DNA of 64,000 nucleotides from Burkholderiales bacterium (GCA_036274775.1 DASUFB010000033.1:16426-80425); one strand, 5' to 3'; numbered from the stretch's first letter, positions 1-9,514 are shown. Program-made: numbers and translations. Notes: generated from the letters alone by a model not told the origin.

Positions 1-1
1 C

Positions 2-439
2 TTCCCCGCGGCGGCGCTGGCGCGCATCGAGCAGGCCGTGACCCGCTCGGAATCCCGCCACGGCGGCCAGATCCGCTTTGCCGTCGAGCATGCGCTGGAT
101 ACGGGCGCGCTGCTGCGCGGCACGAGCGCGCGAGAACGCGCGCTGGAGGTGTTCTCGATGCTCAGGGTATGGGACACCGAGCACAACAACGGCGTGCTCA
201 TCTACCTGCTGCTCGCCGACCGCGACGTGGAGATCGTGGCCGACCGCGGCATCCACGCGCTGGCCGGCACGCAGGCCTGGGAGGCGATCTGCCGCGACAT
301 GGAGGTGCGCCTGCGCGAAGGCGGGTTCGAGCAGGCCGTGGTGGCGGGCATCGAGCGCGTGTCGGCGGAGCTGGAAGCGCGCTTCCCGCGCACGGCCGGC
401 GGCGCCAACGAGCTGCCCGACCGGCCCGCCGTGCTGTGA
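2..439 (+). CDS. TPM-domain (DUF477-like) protein, 5' end outside window
   Basis: ORF track 38..439. The same frame stays open back to nt 2 (FPAAALARIEQAV...), so the start lies upstream. The block VWDTEHNNGVLIYLLLADRDVEIVADRG is typical of TPM/YgcG-type domains. Confidence 0.6.
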   Translation, partial: FPAAALARIEQAVTRSESRHGGQIRFAVEHALDTGALLRGTSARERALEVFSMLRVWDTEHNNGVLIYLLLADRDVEIVADRGIHALAGTQAWEAICRDMEVRLREGGFEQAVVAGIERVSAELEARFPRTAGGANELPDRPAVL

Positions 440-443
440 GGCG

Positions 444-1676
444 CTAGGCCTTGTCCTGGTCGTGCCAGTGCTTGCGCGTGAGCAGCGCCATGGTCGCGGA
501 GATGAACAGGCCGAAGCAGCAGATGATCGCATTGATCGACATGTCGACCCTGATCATCAGCGCGTAGACGCCGAGCAGCACCAGGATGGACAGGTTCTCG
601 TTGAAGTTCTGCACGGCGATCGAATGCCCGGCGCCCATCAGCAGGTGGCCGCGGTGCTGCAGCAGCGCATTCATCGGCACCACGAAATAGCCGCCCATCG
701 CGCCGATCAGCACGAGCAGGCTGACGGCGACGCGCCAGTCGCGCACGAATACCATCAGGATGACGAGCACGCCCATGGCGATGCCCACAGGCAGCACCCG
801 CACGGAGCGCTTGAGCGTCACGTATTTCGCGGCGAGCACCGAGCCGATGGCGATGCCGACGGCGACCACCGCCGTGAGCTGCGTGGCCTTTTCCAGGCTG
901 AACTTCAGCGCCATCGAGGCCCAGGTCAGCACGATCAGGCGCAGCGTCGCGCCCGCGCCCCAGAACAGCGTGGTCACGGCGAGCGACACCTGGCCGAGCG
1001 GGTCGCGCCAGAGCAGGCGCAGGCTGTGCCAGAAGTCCTGCATGACGAACAGCGGGTTGCGTTTCTGCAGCTTGTGGTCGATCGCCACCCTGGGGATGTG
1101 CAGGTTGATCATCGCGGCCAGGAAATACAGCAGCAGGATGACGGTGATCGCGAGCTCGGGGGGCGTGTCGATGCCGGTCTCGATGAACGGCAGGTCGAGG
1201 CGGTCGAACGCGTACTCGGCGAACTCGTTGCTGACCATGAGGCCGCCGAGGATGGAGCCCAGGATGATGGCGGCGACCGTGAGGCCCTCCATCCAGCCGT
1301 TGGCAAGCACGAGCTTCTGGTGCGGCAGGTACTCGGTCAGGATGCCGTACTTTGCCGGCGAGTACATGGCCGCGCCGATGCCGACGAGCCCGTAGGCGAG
1401 CAGCGGATGCAGGCCGAGCAGCATGGCGAGGCAGCCCAGCAGCTTCACCGCGTTGGCCACGAACATCACGCGCCCCTTGGGCAGCGAGTCCGCGAACGGG
1501 CCAACGAAGGGCGCCAGCACGATGTAGGCGAACACGAAGAACTGCTGCAGCACCGGCGTCTGCCAGGCCTGCGCATGCAGGCTCGCGAGCAGCGCGATGG
1601 CGGCGAACAGCAGCGCGTTGTCAGCCAGTGCCGAGAAAAACTGCGCGGACAGGATGGTGTAGAACCCGCGATTCAT
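444..1676 (-). CDS. lplT: lysophospholipid transporter LplT (MFS)
   Basis: C-terminal 410 aa of the 941-aa track ORF, starting MNRGFYTILSAQFFSALADNALLFAAI (ATG at 1676). Multi-TM MFS pattern typical of LplT. The upstream part of the track ORF is antisense to alr/radA. Confidence 0.8.
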   Translation of the reverse strand: MNRGFYTILSAQFFSALADNALLFAAIALLASLHAQAWQTPVLQQFFVFAYIVLAPFVGPFADSLPKGRVMFVANAVKLLGCLAMLLGLHPLLAYGLVGIGAAMYSPAKYGILTEYLPHQKLVLANGWMEGLTVAAIILGSILGGLMVSNEFAEYAFDRLDLPFIETGIDTPPELAITVILLLYFLAAMINLHIPRVAIDHKLQKRNPLFVMQDFWHSLRLLWRDPLGQVSLAVTTLFWGAGATLRLIVLTWASMALKFSLEKATQLTAVVAVGIAIGSVLAAKYVTLKRSVRVLPVGIAMGVLVILMVFVRDWRVAVSLLVLIGAMGGYFVVPMNALLQHRGHLLMGAGHSIAVQNFNENLSILVLLGVYALMIRVDMSINAIICCFGLFISATMALLTRKHWHDQDKA

Positions 1677-1877
1677 GTCGTCGGGGCGCGCGAACGCACG
1701 GCGTCCGCATTGTCTTCGATTGAGGTCATGGCGTATTCGGCCGGCGGCTTTATACCACATCCCATGCGCGGGAAACGCGCTCTTGGAGGCAGATCCCGGC
1801 GCGCAGCGCGATGCCCCAGCGCATAGAATACGGCACCGCATCCCGATCCGGTTCCGGAGCCGGACAGCACACCATAC

Positions 1878-2948
1878 ATGGCCCGCCCGATACAGGCTAG
1901 CTTCAATCTCGCCGCGTTCGCGAACAACCTCGCCGTCGCGCGCAGGCATGCCGGCAGCGCCGCCGTGCTCGCGGTGATCAAGGCGGACGCGTACGGTCAC
2001 GGGCTGCTGCGGGCCGCGCGCGCGCTCGCCGGCGCCGACGGCTTCGCGCTGCTGGAGCTGGAAGCCGCAGTGCGGCTGCGCGAGGCGGGCTTTCGCCAGC
2101 GCATCCTGCTGCTGGAGGGGTTTTTCTCGCCGGCGGAGCTGCCCGAGGTGCTGCGCCATGAATTCACCGTAATGGTGCATTCCCGCGAGCAGCTGCGCAT
2201 GCTGGCCGTATTGCGCGGGCCGGGGAAGATCGACGTCTTCCTGAAGTTCAACACCGGCATGAACCGCCTGGGCTTCCCGTCCGCGGATGCCGCCGCGGTG
2301 ATCGCCGAAGCCTCCGGCATCGCCGCGGTCGGCAAGATCACTCTCGCCACGCATTTCGCCGACGCCGAGGGTCCGAACGGCGTCGACTGGCAGTTGCGCG
2401 AATTCGAGGCACGCGTGGCGCGCCCGGGCTACCAGCGTTCGCTCGCGAACTCCGCCGCCCTGCTGCAGTTTCCGCAGGTGCGCGGGGACTGGGTGCGACC
2501 CGGCCTGATGCTCTACGGCGCGAGCCCGCTGGACTTCGCGGGCGCGCGCAAGCTCGGACTGGAGCCCGTCATGACGTTGAGCAGCGAGATCATCGCCGTG
2601 CAGCACCTCCGGCGCGGCGACACGGTGGGCTACGGCAGCCTGTTCTGCGCGGATCGGGCGATGCGCATCGGCGTGGTCGCCTGCGGCTACGCCGACGGCT
2701 ATCCGCGCCACGCCACGACCGGCGTCCCGGTGCTGATCGACGGCGTGCGCGCGGCGATCGTCGGCCGGGTGTCGATGGACATGATGTGCGTGGACCTCTC
2801 GGGCGTGCCGGGCGCCGGCATCGGCAGCGGCGTTGTGCTCTGGGGCGACGGCCTGCCGATCGAGGAGGTCGCCGCGGCTTCGGGCACGGTGAGCTACGAG
2901 CTGATGTGCGCGCTGGCCCGGCGCGTGCCGAAGGTCGAGGCCGGCTGA
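1878..2948 (+). CDS. alr: alanine racemase
   Basis: 356 aa. PLP-lysine motif AVIKADAYGHG and C-terminal SYELMCALARRVP are characteristic of Alr. Confidence 0.92.
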   Translation: MARPIQASFNLAAFANNLAVARRHAGSAAVLAVIKADAYGHGLLRAARALAGADGFALLELEAAVRLREAGFRQRILLLEGFFSPAELPEVLRHEFTVMVHSREQLRMLAVLRGPGKIDVFLKFNTGMNRLGFPSADAAAVIAEASGIAAVGKITLATHFADAEGPNGVDWQLREFEARVARPGYQRSLANSAALLQFPQVRGDWVRPGLMLYGASPLDFAGARKLGLEPVMTLSSEIIAVQHLRRGDTVGYGSLFCADRAMRIGVVACGYADGYPRHATTGVPVLIDGVRAAIVGRVSMDMMCVDLSGVPGAGIGSGVVLWGDGLPIEEVAAASGTVSYELMCALARRVPKVEAG

Positions 2949-4306
2949 TGGCGCGCGCGAAAACCGTCTACGCCTGCACCGAATGCGGCGGCCAGACGCT
3001 GAAGTGGCAGGGGCAGTGCCCGCATTGCTCCGCGTGGAACACGCTGGTGGAGACCATCGCCGAGAAGCCCGGCGCATCGCGCTACCAGGCCGTGGCCGAA
3101 TCGAGCCGGCTGCAGAAGCTCGCGGAAGTCGAGGCGCGCGAGGAGCCGCGCAGGCCGACGGGCATCGACGAGCTCGACCGCGTGCTCGGCGGCGGGCTGG
3201 TGGCCGGTGCCGTGGTGCTGATCGGCGGCGATCCCGGCATCGGCAAGTCCACGCTGCTGCTGCAGGCACTGTCGGTCATGGGCGCCGGCTGCAAGGCGCT
3301 CTACGTGAGCGGCGAGGAGTCGGCGCAGCAGATCGCGCTGCGGGCGCGCAGGCTGGCCGTGGATGCGTCCGCGCTGGACCTGCTCGCCGAGATCAACCTC
3401 GAGAAGGTGCTCGCCGTGCTCGGCGCGCAGCGGCCCGACGTGGCCGTCATCGACTCGATCCAGACCCTGTACTCCGAGGCGCTGCAATCGGCGCCGGGCA
3501 GCGTGGCGCAGGTGCGCGAATGCGCCGCGCAGTTGACGCGCTTCGCCAAGTCGACGGGCTGCGCGCTGATGCTGGTCGGCCACGTCACCAAGGAGGGCGC
3601 GCTCGCCGGCCCGCGCGTGCTCGAGCACATGGTCGATGCCGTGCTCTATTTCGAGGGCGACACGCATTCGAGCTTCCGGCTCGTGCGGGCGATCAAGAAC
3701 CGCTTCGGCGCGGTCAACGAGCTCGGCGTCTTCGCCATGACCGAGCGCGGGCTGCGCGGCATCTCCAATCCGTCGGCGCTGTTCCTGTCGCAGCACGGTG
3801 CACAGGTGCCGGGCTCCTGCGTCATGGTGACCCAGGAAGGCAGCCGCCCGCTGCTCGTGGAAGTGCAGGCGCTGGTCGACGAGGCGCACGCACCCAATCC
3901 GCGGCGGCTGTCCGTCGGCCTCGAGCAGAACCGCCTCGCCATGCTGCTCGCCGTGCTGCACCGTCACGCGGGCATCGCGGCGTTCGACCAGGACGTGTTC
4001 GTGAATGCCGTGGGCGGCGTGAAGATAGACGAGCCGGCCGCCGACCTGCCGGTACTGCTGGCGATCGTGTCGTCGCTGCGCGCCAGACCGCTGCCGGAGA
4101 AGCTCGTCGCTTTCGGCGAAATCGGCCTGGCCGGCGAGGTGCGCCCGGTGCAGCGCGGCCAGGAAAGGCTGAAGGAGGCGGCCAAGCTCGGCTTCCGCAT
4201 GGCGATCATCCCGAAGGCCAACGCGCCCAGGGGCCGCATCGAGGGCCTGGAGGTGGTGGCGGTGGAACGGGTGGAGGAGGCGGTCAGAAAGGCCGTGAAT
4301 GCGTGA
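2948..4306 (+). CDS. radA: DNA repair protein RadA/Sms
   Basis: Starts MARAKTVYACTECGGQTLKWQGQCPHCSAWNT (zinc finger). Walker A GGDPGIGKST, KNRFG motif, Lon-like C-terminal domain. The ATG overlaps the alr stop (TGATG). The track ORF from 2786 is an upstream extension. Confidence 0.95.
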   Translation: MARAKTVYACTECGGQTLKWQGQCPHCSAWNTLVETIAEKPGASRYQAVAESSRLQKLAEVEAREEPRRPTGIDELDRVLGGGLVAGAVVLIGGDPGIGKSTLLLQALSVMGAGCKALYVSGEESAQQIALRARRLAVDASALDLLAEINLEKVLAVLGAQRPDVAVIDSIQTLYSEALQSAPGSVAQVRECAAQLTRFAKSTGCALMLVGHVTKEGALAGPRVLEHMVDAVLYFEGDTHSSFRLVRAIKNRFGAVNELGVFAMTERGLRGISNPSALFLSQHGAQVPGSCVMVTQEGSRPLLVEVQALVDEAHAPNPRRLSVGLEQNRLAMLLAVLHRHAGIAAFDQDVFVNAVGGVKIDEPAADLPVLLAIVSSLRARPLPEKLVAFGEIGLAGEVRPVQRGQERLKEAAKLGFRMAIIPKANAPRGRIEGLEVVAVERVEEAVRKAVNA

Positions 4307-4404
4307 ATATCGTGAATAACGTGAATGTCGATCTAGAGCTCTAGGCTTTCTGCGGCATTAGACGTATTCACGACATTTACGATATTCACGCATTCACGGC
4401 CTTT
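4288..4404. repeat. tandem-unit hairpin element, copy A1 (CGTGAATN units)
   Basis: aaaggccgtgaatgcgtgaatatcg (4288-4312) is the perfect reverse complement of 4380-4404. Further imperfect GTGAAT units extend the stem to about 43 bp. The loop contains the palindrome ctagagctctag. The radA stop (4304-4306) lies inside the left arm and the kinase stop (4404-4406) abuts the right arm. Confidence 0.9.
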
Positions 4405-5708
4405 CAATGCAGCGCGAACATCGTCAGCGCCGCGGCCGCGAGAACGGCGCTGCCGATCCAGATCAGCTTGAGGGGGGAGCCGGGAGAGCGCGCGAGCGCC
4501 GGGCCGCCCGCCGGCGCCGCCGGCTGCTGCCAGGTCGTGCTGCCGGAAAGCGTGGAGGCCGCGGCCGAGCGCTTGGCATCCGCCAGCGCCTTCAGGCGCG
4601 CGATCTTCTGTGTTTCCGAGAACTTGTCCAGTTCCTTCTCCATGCCGGTCAGCGCCGCGAGCCTCATGGTCGCATCGAAGGAGTCGAAGGCCTTCGACAG
4701 ACCCAGCGCCGGATTCGTCTGCTCGCTGGCGGAGTCCCGGGCGGGTGCGCCGTCGGGCGCCGTCCCCGCTTCGGCCATCTCCAGGATGCGCGCCTCCTTG
4801 TCCTCCTGGCGCGTCAGCAGCGCGGCGGGCTCGTTGCGCGCCGCTTCCCGGGCGGGCGGCGCGGCCGTCTCCACGGGCGGCGGAGACTCGCCGGCAAGCT
4901 CCGCGCGCGCGCGGCGCAGATCGCCGGCAAGGTCCCGCGCGTGCTGGTAGCGGTCATCGAGGTTCTTGGCGAGCGCCTTGGCGATGATGAAATTCAGGAC
5001 CTCTGGCAGGTCGGGGTTCAGCGTGCGCGGCGCCGGCGGATTGAAGTTCACGGTCTGGTACATGACGCCGTGGATGTTGTCCGCGACGAAGGGCGAGGTG
5101 CCGGTGAGCATCTCGTAGAGCACCACGCCCAGCGAGAAGATGTCCGAGCGCGCGTCCGCGCGTTTTCCCGAGACCTGCTCGGGCGACATGTACTTCGGCG
5201 AGCCGAGGATCATGCCGGTCATGGTCTTGATCTCGTTGTTGCGCATGCGCGCGATGCCGAAGTCGGTGATCTTCACCAGCCCGTCGTCGAGCACCATGAT
5301 GTTGGCGGGCTTGATGTCGCGATGGATGATCTGGCGGTCGTGCGCGAACTGCAGGCCCTCGGCCACCTGCGCACCGATGTCGAGCGCCTGGGGCACGCGG
5401 ATCGGCACGCGCGACTGCAGCATGCGCCGCAGCTCCTGGCCCTCGAGGAACTCCATGGCCATGTAGGCCACCTTATCGCTGCGGCCGATGTCGTAGATGG
5501 TGACGATGTTGCGGTGGGACAGCCCGCCGGCGGCCTTGGCTTCCTGGTAGAAGCGCGCCTCGTATTCCGCGAGTTCGTCCTTGGGCAACGTCAGGTTGAT
5601 GGTCTTGATGGCCACCACGCGGTCCAGGAGCGGGTCACGCGCCTTGTAGACCACGCCCATGGCGCCCTGCCCGAGCTCCGCGATGACCTCGTAGCGTCCC
5701 AGCATCAT
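4404..5708 (-). CDS. Hanks-type Ser/Thr protein kinase, C-terminal tail anchor
   Basis: GQGAMGVVYKA ... AIK, HRDIKPANIM, DFG, SPKYMSPE. Pro/Ala-rich linker and a terminal hydrophobic helix IWIGSAVLAAAALTMFALH. Start taken at MMLGRYEV (5708). The track start at 5777 would overlap the upstream gene by 52 nt. Confidence 0.85.
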   Translation of the reverse strand: MMLGRYEVIAELGQGAMGVVYKARDPLLDRVVAIKTINLTLPKDELAEYEARFYQEAKAAGGLSHRNIVTIYDIGRSDKVAYMAMEFLEGQELRRMLQSRVPIRVPQALDIGAQVAEGLQFAHDRQIIHRDIKPANIMVLDDGLVKITDFGIARMRNNEIKTMTGMILGSPKYMSPEQVSGKRADARSDIFSLGVVLYEMLTGTSPFVADNIHGVMYQTVNFNPPAPRTLNPDLPEVLNFIIAKALAKNLDDRYQHARDLAGDLRRARAELAGESPPPVETAAPPAREAARNEPAALLTRQEDKEARILEMAEAGTAPDGAPARDSASEQTNPALGLSKAFDSFDATMRLAALTGMEKELDKFSETQKIARLKALADAKRSAAASTLSGSTTWQQPAAPAGGPALARSPGSPLKLIWIGSAVLAAAALTMFALH

Positions 5709-5725
5709 GCCGGCGCCTGTGCCGT

Positions 5726-6127
5726 TCACGGCTGCTTCGCCTGTCTTGCCTTCACGCTCTTGAACACCGGACCCCACATGGGATGGCCGGCCTCGGCCGC
5801 GTCGAGCTCGAACTTCGGGTCGAGCTCGAGCGCGATGCCGAACTCTTCGCGGCAGGTCACGGGCTGGCTGGATACGCAGGCGATGAAGGCGAGGTACTTG
5901 TGGGCCTTGACGCGGTCGGGCCGGCTCAGGCCTTCCTCGAGCGCGAATTGCAGCCGCCGCCTGGCCACCTTGTAGTTGCCTTCCTCGTAGTTCCGCACGC
6001 CTTCCTCCAGATAGCTCGTGCCGGGATAGCGGGGCGCGCCGAAGTCCTTGAAGGGGCCGCTCTGGCAGCCGGCGGCGAGGACGGCGGCGAGGGCGAGCGC
6101 AGCGATACGGGCGTGGATGGTGGGCAT
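5726..6127 (-). CDS. small lipoprotein with a TPR-like helical repeat
   Basis: Signal peptide plus lipobox (LAAGC|QS). YEEGNYKVARRRLQFALE has a TPR-like pattern. Packed 4 nt after the cyclase gene and 17 nt before the kinase start. Confidence 0.65.
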   Translation of the reverse strand: MPTIHARIAALALAAVLAAGCQSGPFKDFGAPRYPGTSYLEEGVRNYEEGNYKVARRRLQFALEEGLSRPDRVKAHKYLAFIACVSSQPVTCREEFGIALELDPKFELDAAEAGHPMWGPVFKSVKARQAKQP

Positions 6128-6131
6128 CTGG

Positions 6132-7442
6132 CTAGTTGAACTTGTGCTTGATGCGGATCTTCTGGTCCGCCTTGACGTCGATCACCTGCGTGTAGACCGG
6201 GAAGTTGCCGTTGCGGATCTCTATCTTGCGCCTGCCCGGCGTGACCTCCACCTCGTTGACCGGCGGACTCACGCCGATGCGGTCGCCGTCGACGTAGACC
6301 TCCCCCCAGGGCGCCACGGCCAGCGTGACGAGCGCCGTGCCCGCCGGCACGGGCGGGGCGGCCTCGGGTGCCGCGGGCGCAGCGGCACGCGAGAAGAACG
6401 CGAAGGGCGACGGCTTGGCCTCTTTTTTCTTTTCCTCCGCACCCACGACCGGCGCGGCATCCTCGTGGGCGGCAATGGCCGGTTCCGGCGCCGCGGCCGG
6501 CATCCCCGCCTCCGTCCTGGAGCGGGCGGTGCGTGGCTTTTTCTCCTTCTCCGCGTGCCTGTGCGCCGCGGGCGGCGCGGCTGGCGCGGCTTCGGCCAGA
6601 CGGGCGGCGACTCGCGACTTCCCCGGCGTGCCGGCGGCGTCCGCGTCCGGCGCCGGCACGGCCGCGACCTCGCCGTGGCCGAGCAGGTTGACGATGACCG
6701 CCAGCACGAAGGCGCCGGCCGAGACCGTGGCGGTGCCGAAGGCGATGGTACGGTTGTTGAGCCAGGGCTCGATGCGCGCGAGCAGCGGCCGGCGGGGCGC
6801 GGTGGCGTTGGCGACGGTCGCCGTCGACGCCTGGCGCTTGCCCTCGCGGGACGAGTCGTACGCCCGCTCGGCGGGGGAGCGCACGCCGTTGGCCCGCGTG
6901 CCGCTGTAGCCCACGCTGTAGACCTCGTGCTCGCGCACGTGCTTGTCTGTGCGCGAACCCTCGTACTTGAACAGCTTGGAATAGCCCTCGGAAATATGCG
7001 AGACGACTTCGTAGTAGGAACGCGAGACCAGGATCTGGCCGGGCTGGGCGAAGCCCATCACGCGCTGCGCGACGTTGATGCCGTCGCCGATGATGTTGGG
7101 CTGGCTGTTCAGGTCGCGCACCAGGCGCACCGGCCCGAGGTTGATGCCCACGCGCGCCGGCAGCCTCGGCGGCTCGCCCTGCCTGGGCGCGAAGGCTTCG
7201 CGCAGGCTCATGGCCACGAACAGCGCGTCCTCGGGGTCGCCCAGGAAGTTGATCGCCACGCCGTCGCCGGTGTCCAGGATGATGCGGTCGTTCACCGCGA
7301 TGTCGTGGATCGCCTCGGCGATCAAGGCGTTGAAGCTGTCCTTGAGCTGGATCTGCTCCGACACCGGCTTCTTGGAATATTCCGCGATGTCCAGGAACAG
7401 CACGCTGCAGATGAACGTGCGGTTGGCCCGCTCGGGCATCAT
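6132..7442 (-). CDS. class III nucleotidyl-cyclase-homology domain / TM / PEGA-domain protein
   Basis: FLDIAEYS ... DTGDGVAINF ... IGDGINVAQRV matches cyclase-homology-domain (CHD) metal-Asp and Asn/Arg positions. One TM (FGTATVSAGAFVLAVIVNLLG), an Ala/Pro/Lys-rich linker, and a C-terminal PEGA-like beta domain (VAPWGEVYVDGDRIGVSP...IEIRNGNF). Start MMPERANR at 7442 is preceded by GGGAGGA. Confidence 0.75.
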   Translation of the reverse strand: MMPERANRTFICSVLFLDIAEYSKKPVSEQIQLKDSFNALIAEAIHDIAVNDRIILDTGDGVAINFLGDPEDALFVAMSLREAFAPRQGEPPRLPARVGINLGPVRLVRDLNSQPNIIGDGINVAQRVMGFAQPGQILVSRSYYEVVSHISEGYSKLFKYEGSRTDKHVREHEVYSVGYSGTRANGVRSPAERAYDSSREGKRQASTATVANATAPRRPLLARIEPWLNNRTIAFGTATVSAGAFVLAVIVNLLGHGEVAAVPAPDADAAGTPGKSRVAARLAEAAPAAPPAAHRHAEKEKKPRTARSRTEAGMPAAAPEPAIAAHEDAAPVVGAEEKKKEAKPSPFAFFSRAAAPAAPEAAPPVPAGTALVTLAVAPWGEVYVDGDRIGVSPPVNEVEVTPGRRKIEIRNGNFPVYTQVIDVKADQKIRIKHKFN

Positions 7443-7583
7443 GGCCGGGGTCCTCCCGTGACCGGCTGCGGGCTGGCGTGGCGCTTCGTGAATTCCTGGC
7501 GCGGCATCAGTCGGGATCCTGGGCTCGGCTGGGCTTTCGGGGGAGGGGAATCTTAGCACCAAACGCACCGGAATCCCTAGCGA

Positions 7584-7611
7584 AAAATATTAAATTTCCC
7601 CCTGCGGTCAA
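7584..7611 (-). promoter_or_regulatory. candidate sigma70 promoter of the cyclase-lipoprotein-kinase operon
   Basis: Minus-strand TTGACC (7611-7606), 16-nt spacer, TATTTT (7589-7584), in the only AT-rich patch of the divergent region. Confidence 0.35.
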
Positions 7612-7760
7612 ATGCTTTGACGGCATTCTTCCATGCATTTCGAGGTTTTGTGCGCCGTGCCGGACCGGTTCCGAACGATCCGATCCCGTATGATTTGCGG
7701 CGTCACGCGCGGCGACTCCCTGCCGTCCGCCATGCTTTTTCGGGATATTTCGGAGCCAAC

Positions 7761-9392
7761 TTGAAGTCCACGAGCCCCTACGACGCCGGCCTCGACCGCA
7801 ATCCGGCGAACTACGCGCCGCTGTCCCCGCTGTCCTTCCTGGCGCGTGCGGCCGAGGTCTTTCCCGAACGGCCGGCGATCATCCACGGCACCTACCGGGC
7901 CACGTGGGCCGAGACCTACCGGCGCTGCCGGCGGCTCGCCGGCGCATTGGCCCGTCGCGGCGTCGGGGCCGGCGATACGGTGGCCGTCCTGGCCCCCAAC
8001 ACGCCGGCCATGTACGAGGCGCATTTCGGCGTGCCCATGACGGGCGCGGTGCTCAACACGCTGAATACGCGGCTGGATGCCGACGCGATCGCCTTCATGC
8101 TCCGGCACGGCGAGGCCAGGGTGCTGCTGACCGACCGCGAGTTTTCGCCGACCATCTCGGCGGCGCTCGCGAAAGCCGCGCGGCCGATCCTGGTGGTGGA
8201 CATCGACGACCCGCTCGGTCCCGGGGGCGAGCCCCTGGGCGAGTGCGACTACGAGGCCTTCCTGGAGACCGGCGACCCGGATTTCGCCTGGGCCCTGCCG
8301 TCCGACGAGTGGAACGCCATCGCGCTGTCCTATACGTCCGGGACGACGGGCAATCCCAAGGGCGTGGTGACGCACCATCGGGGGGCCTACCTGAACGCGG
8401 TCGGCAACATCGTGACCTGGGCCATGCCGCATTTCCCGGTCTACCTGTGGACGCTGCCGATGTTCCACTGCAACGGCTGGTGCTTCCCCTGGACGCTGGC
8501 GGCGCTGGCAGGCACCAGCGTGTGCCTGCGCCGCGTCGAGGCCAGGGCCGTGTTCGATGCCATTCGCGAGCACCGCGTCACCCATTTCTGCGGCGCACCC
8601 GTGGTGCACAACGCGTTGATCAACGCGCCGGCCGAGCTGCGTGCCGGCATTTCGCACAAGGTGCACGCCATGATCGCCGGGGCTGCGCCTCCCCAGGCCG
8701 TCATCGAGGGTGCGGAGCGCATCGGCGTGGATCTCACGCACGTCTACGGTCTGACCGAGGTCTACGGCCCGGCGTCCGTCTGCGCGAAGCACCCGGAATG
8801 GGACCGGTTGCCGCCCGCCGAGCGTGCCGCGCTGAACGGCCGGCAGGGCGTGCGCTACGAGATGCAGGAAGCCATGGACGTGCTCGACCCGAAGACCATG
8901 CGGCCCGTGCCGCGCGACGGCCAGACCATGGGCGAGATTTTCTTCCGCGGCAACATCACCATGAAGGGCTACCTGAAGAACCCGCAGGCCACCGCCGAGG
9001 CCTTCGCGGGCGGCTGGTTCCATACCGGCGACCTCGCCGTGATCGACGCCGCCGGCTACGTGAAGATCCGCGACCGCTCCAAGGACATCATCATCTCCGG
9101 CGGCGAGAACGTCTCCACCATAGAGATCGAGGACGTACTGTACAGCCACCCCGGCATCCTCGAGGCGGCGGTGGTGGCGCGTCCCGACGAGAAGTGGGGC
9201 GAGACGCCGTGCGCCTTCGTCGCGCTCAAGCCGGGCGCGGAGCCGCTCACCGAGCAGGAGGTCATCGCCTGGTGCCGCGCGCGCCTCGCGCATTTCAAGT
9301 GCCCGCGCAAGGTCGTCTTCGGCCCGCTGCCGAAGACCTCGACCGGGAAAATCCAGAAGAACGTGCTGCGCGAGCGGGCAAAAGGTCCGTGA
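7761..9392 (+). CDS. acyl-CoA synthetase (AMP-forming, medium-chain type)
   Basis: AMP-binding motifs YTSGTTGNPKG, GYGLTE-like YGLTEVYG, TGD, ISGGENV. TTG start at 7761 with GGAG 5 nt upstream. The N-terminal 48 codons of the track ORF have no support. Confidence 0.85.
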   Translation: MKSTSPYDAGLDRNPANYAPLSPLSFLARAAEVFPERPAIIHGTYRATWAETYRRCRRLAGALARRGVGAGDTVAVLAPNTPAMYEAHFGVPMTGAVLNTLNTRLDADAIAFMLRHGEARVLLTDREFSPTISAALAKAARPILVVDIDDPLGPGGEPLGECDYEAFLETGDPDFAWALPSDEWNAIALSYTSGTTGNPKGVVTHHRGAYLNAVGNIVTWAMPHFPVYLWTLPMFHCNGWCFPWTLAALAGTSVCLRRVEARAVFDAIREHRVTHFCGAPVVHNALINAPAELRAGISHKVHAMIAGAAPPQAVIEGAERIGVDLTHVYGLTEVYGPASVCAKHPEWDRLPPAERAALNGRQGVRYEMQEAMDVLDPKTMRPVPRDGQTMGEIFFRGNITMKGYLKNPQATAEAFAGGWFHTGDLAVIDAAGYVKIRDRSKDIIISGGENVSTIEIEDVLYSHPGILEAAVVARPDEKWGETPCAFVALKPGAEPLTEQEVIAWCRARLAHFKCPRKVVFGPLPKTSTGKIQKNVLRERAKGP

Positions 9393-9514
9393 ATGTCGTG
9401 CCTGACTTCGCCGGGTACCGGGCTCTGCCCATCGATAACGTGAATATCGATCCTGGGATCGGGTGCTGTTCCGGCCTCACGTATTCACGACATTCACGAT
9501 ATTCACGGCTTTTG
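9380..9514. repeat. tandem-unit hairpin element, copy A2 (CGTGAATN units, rearranged)
   Basis: Left aaaaggtccgtgaatgtcgtg. Internal unit cgtgaatatcga (9439-9450). Right arm cacgtattcacgacattcacgatattcacggctttt. The acs stop TGA (9390-9392) is the TGA of the first GTGAAT unit. Confidence 0.8.

Noticed and set aside
2786-2947. N-terminal extensions suggested by the ORF track. Examples are radA from 2786, lplT fused to 3269, the kinase from 5777, the cyclase protein from 7568, acs from 7617, hupB from 41353 and hpnD from 35401.
   Set aside because: The extensions overlap upstream genes or intergenic repeats and are low-complexity. Internal starts with Shine-Dalgarno sequences, stop/start overlaps and canonical family N-termini fit better.
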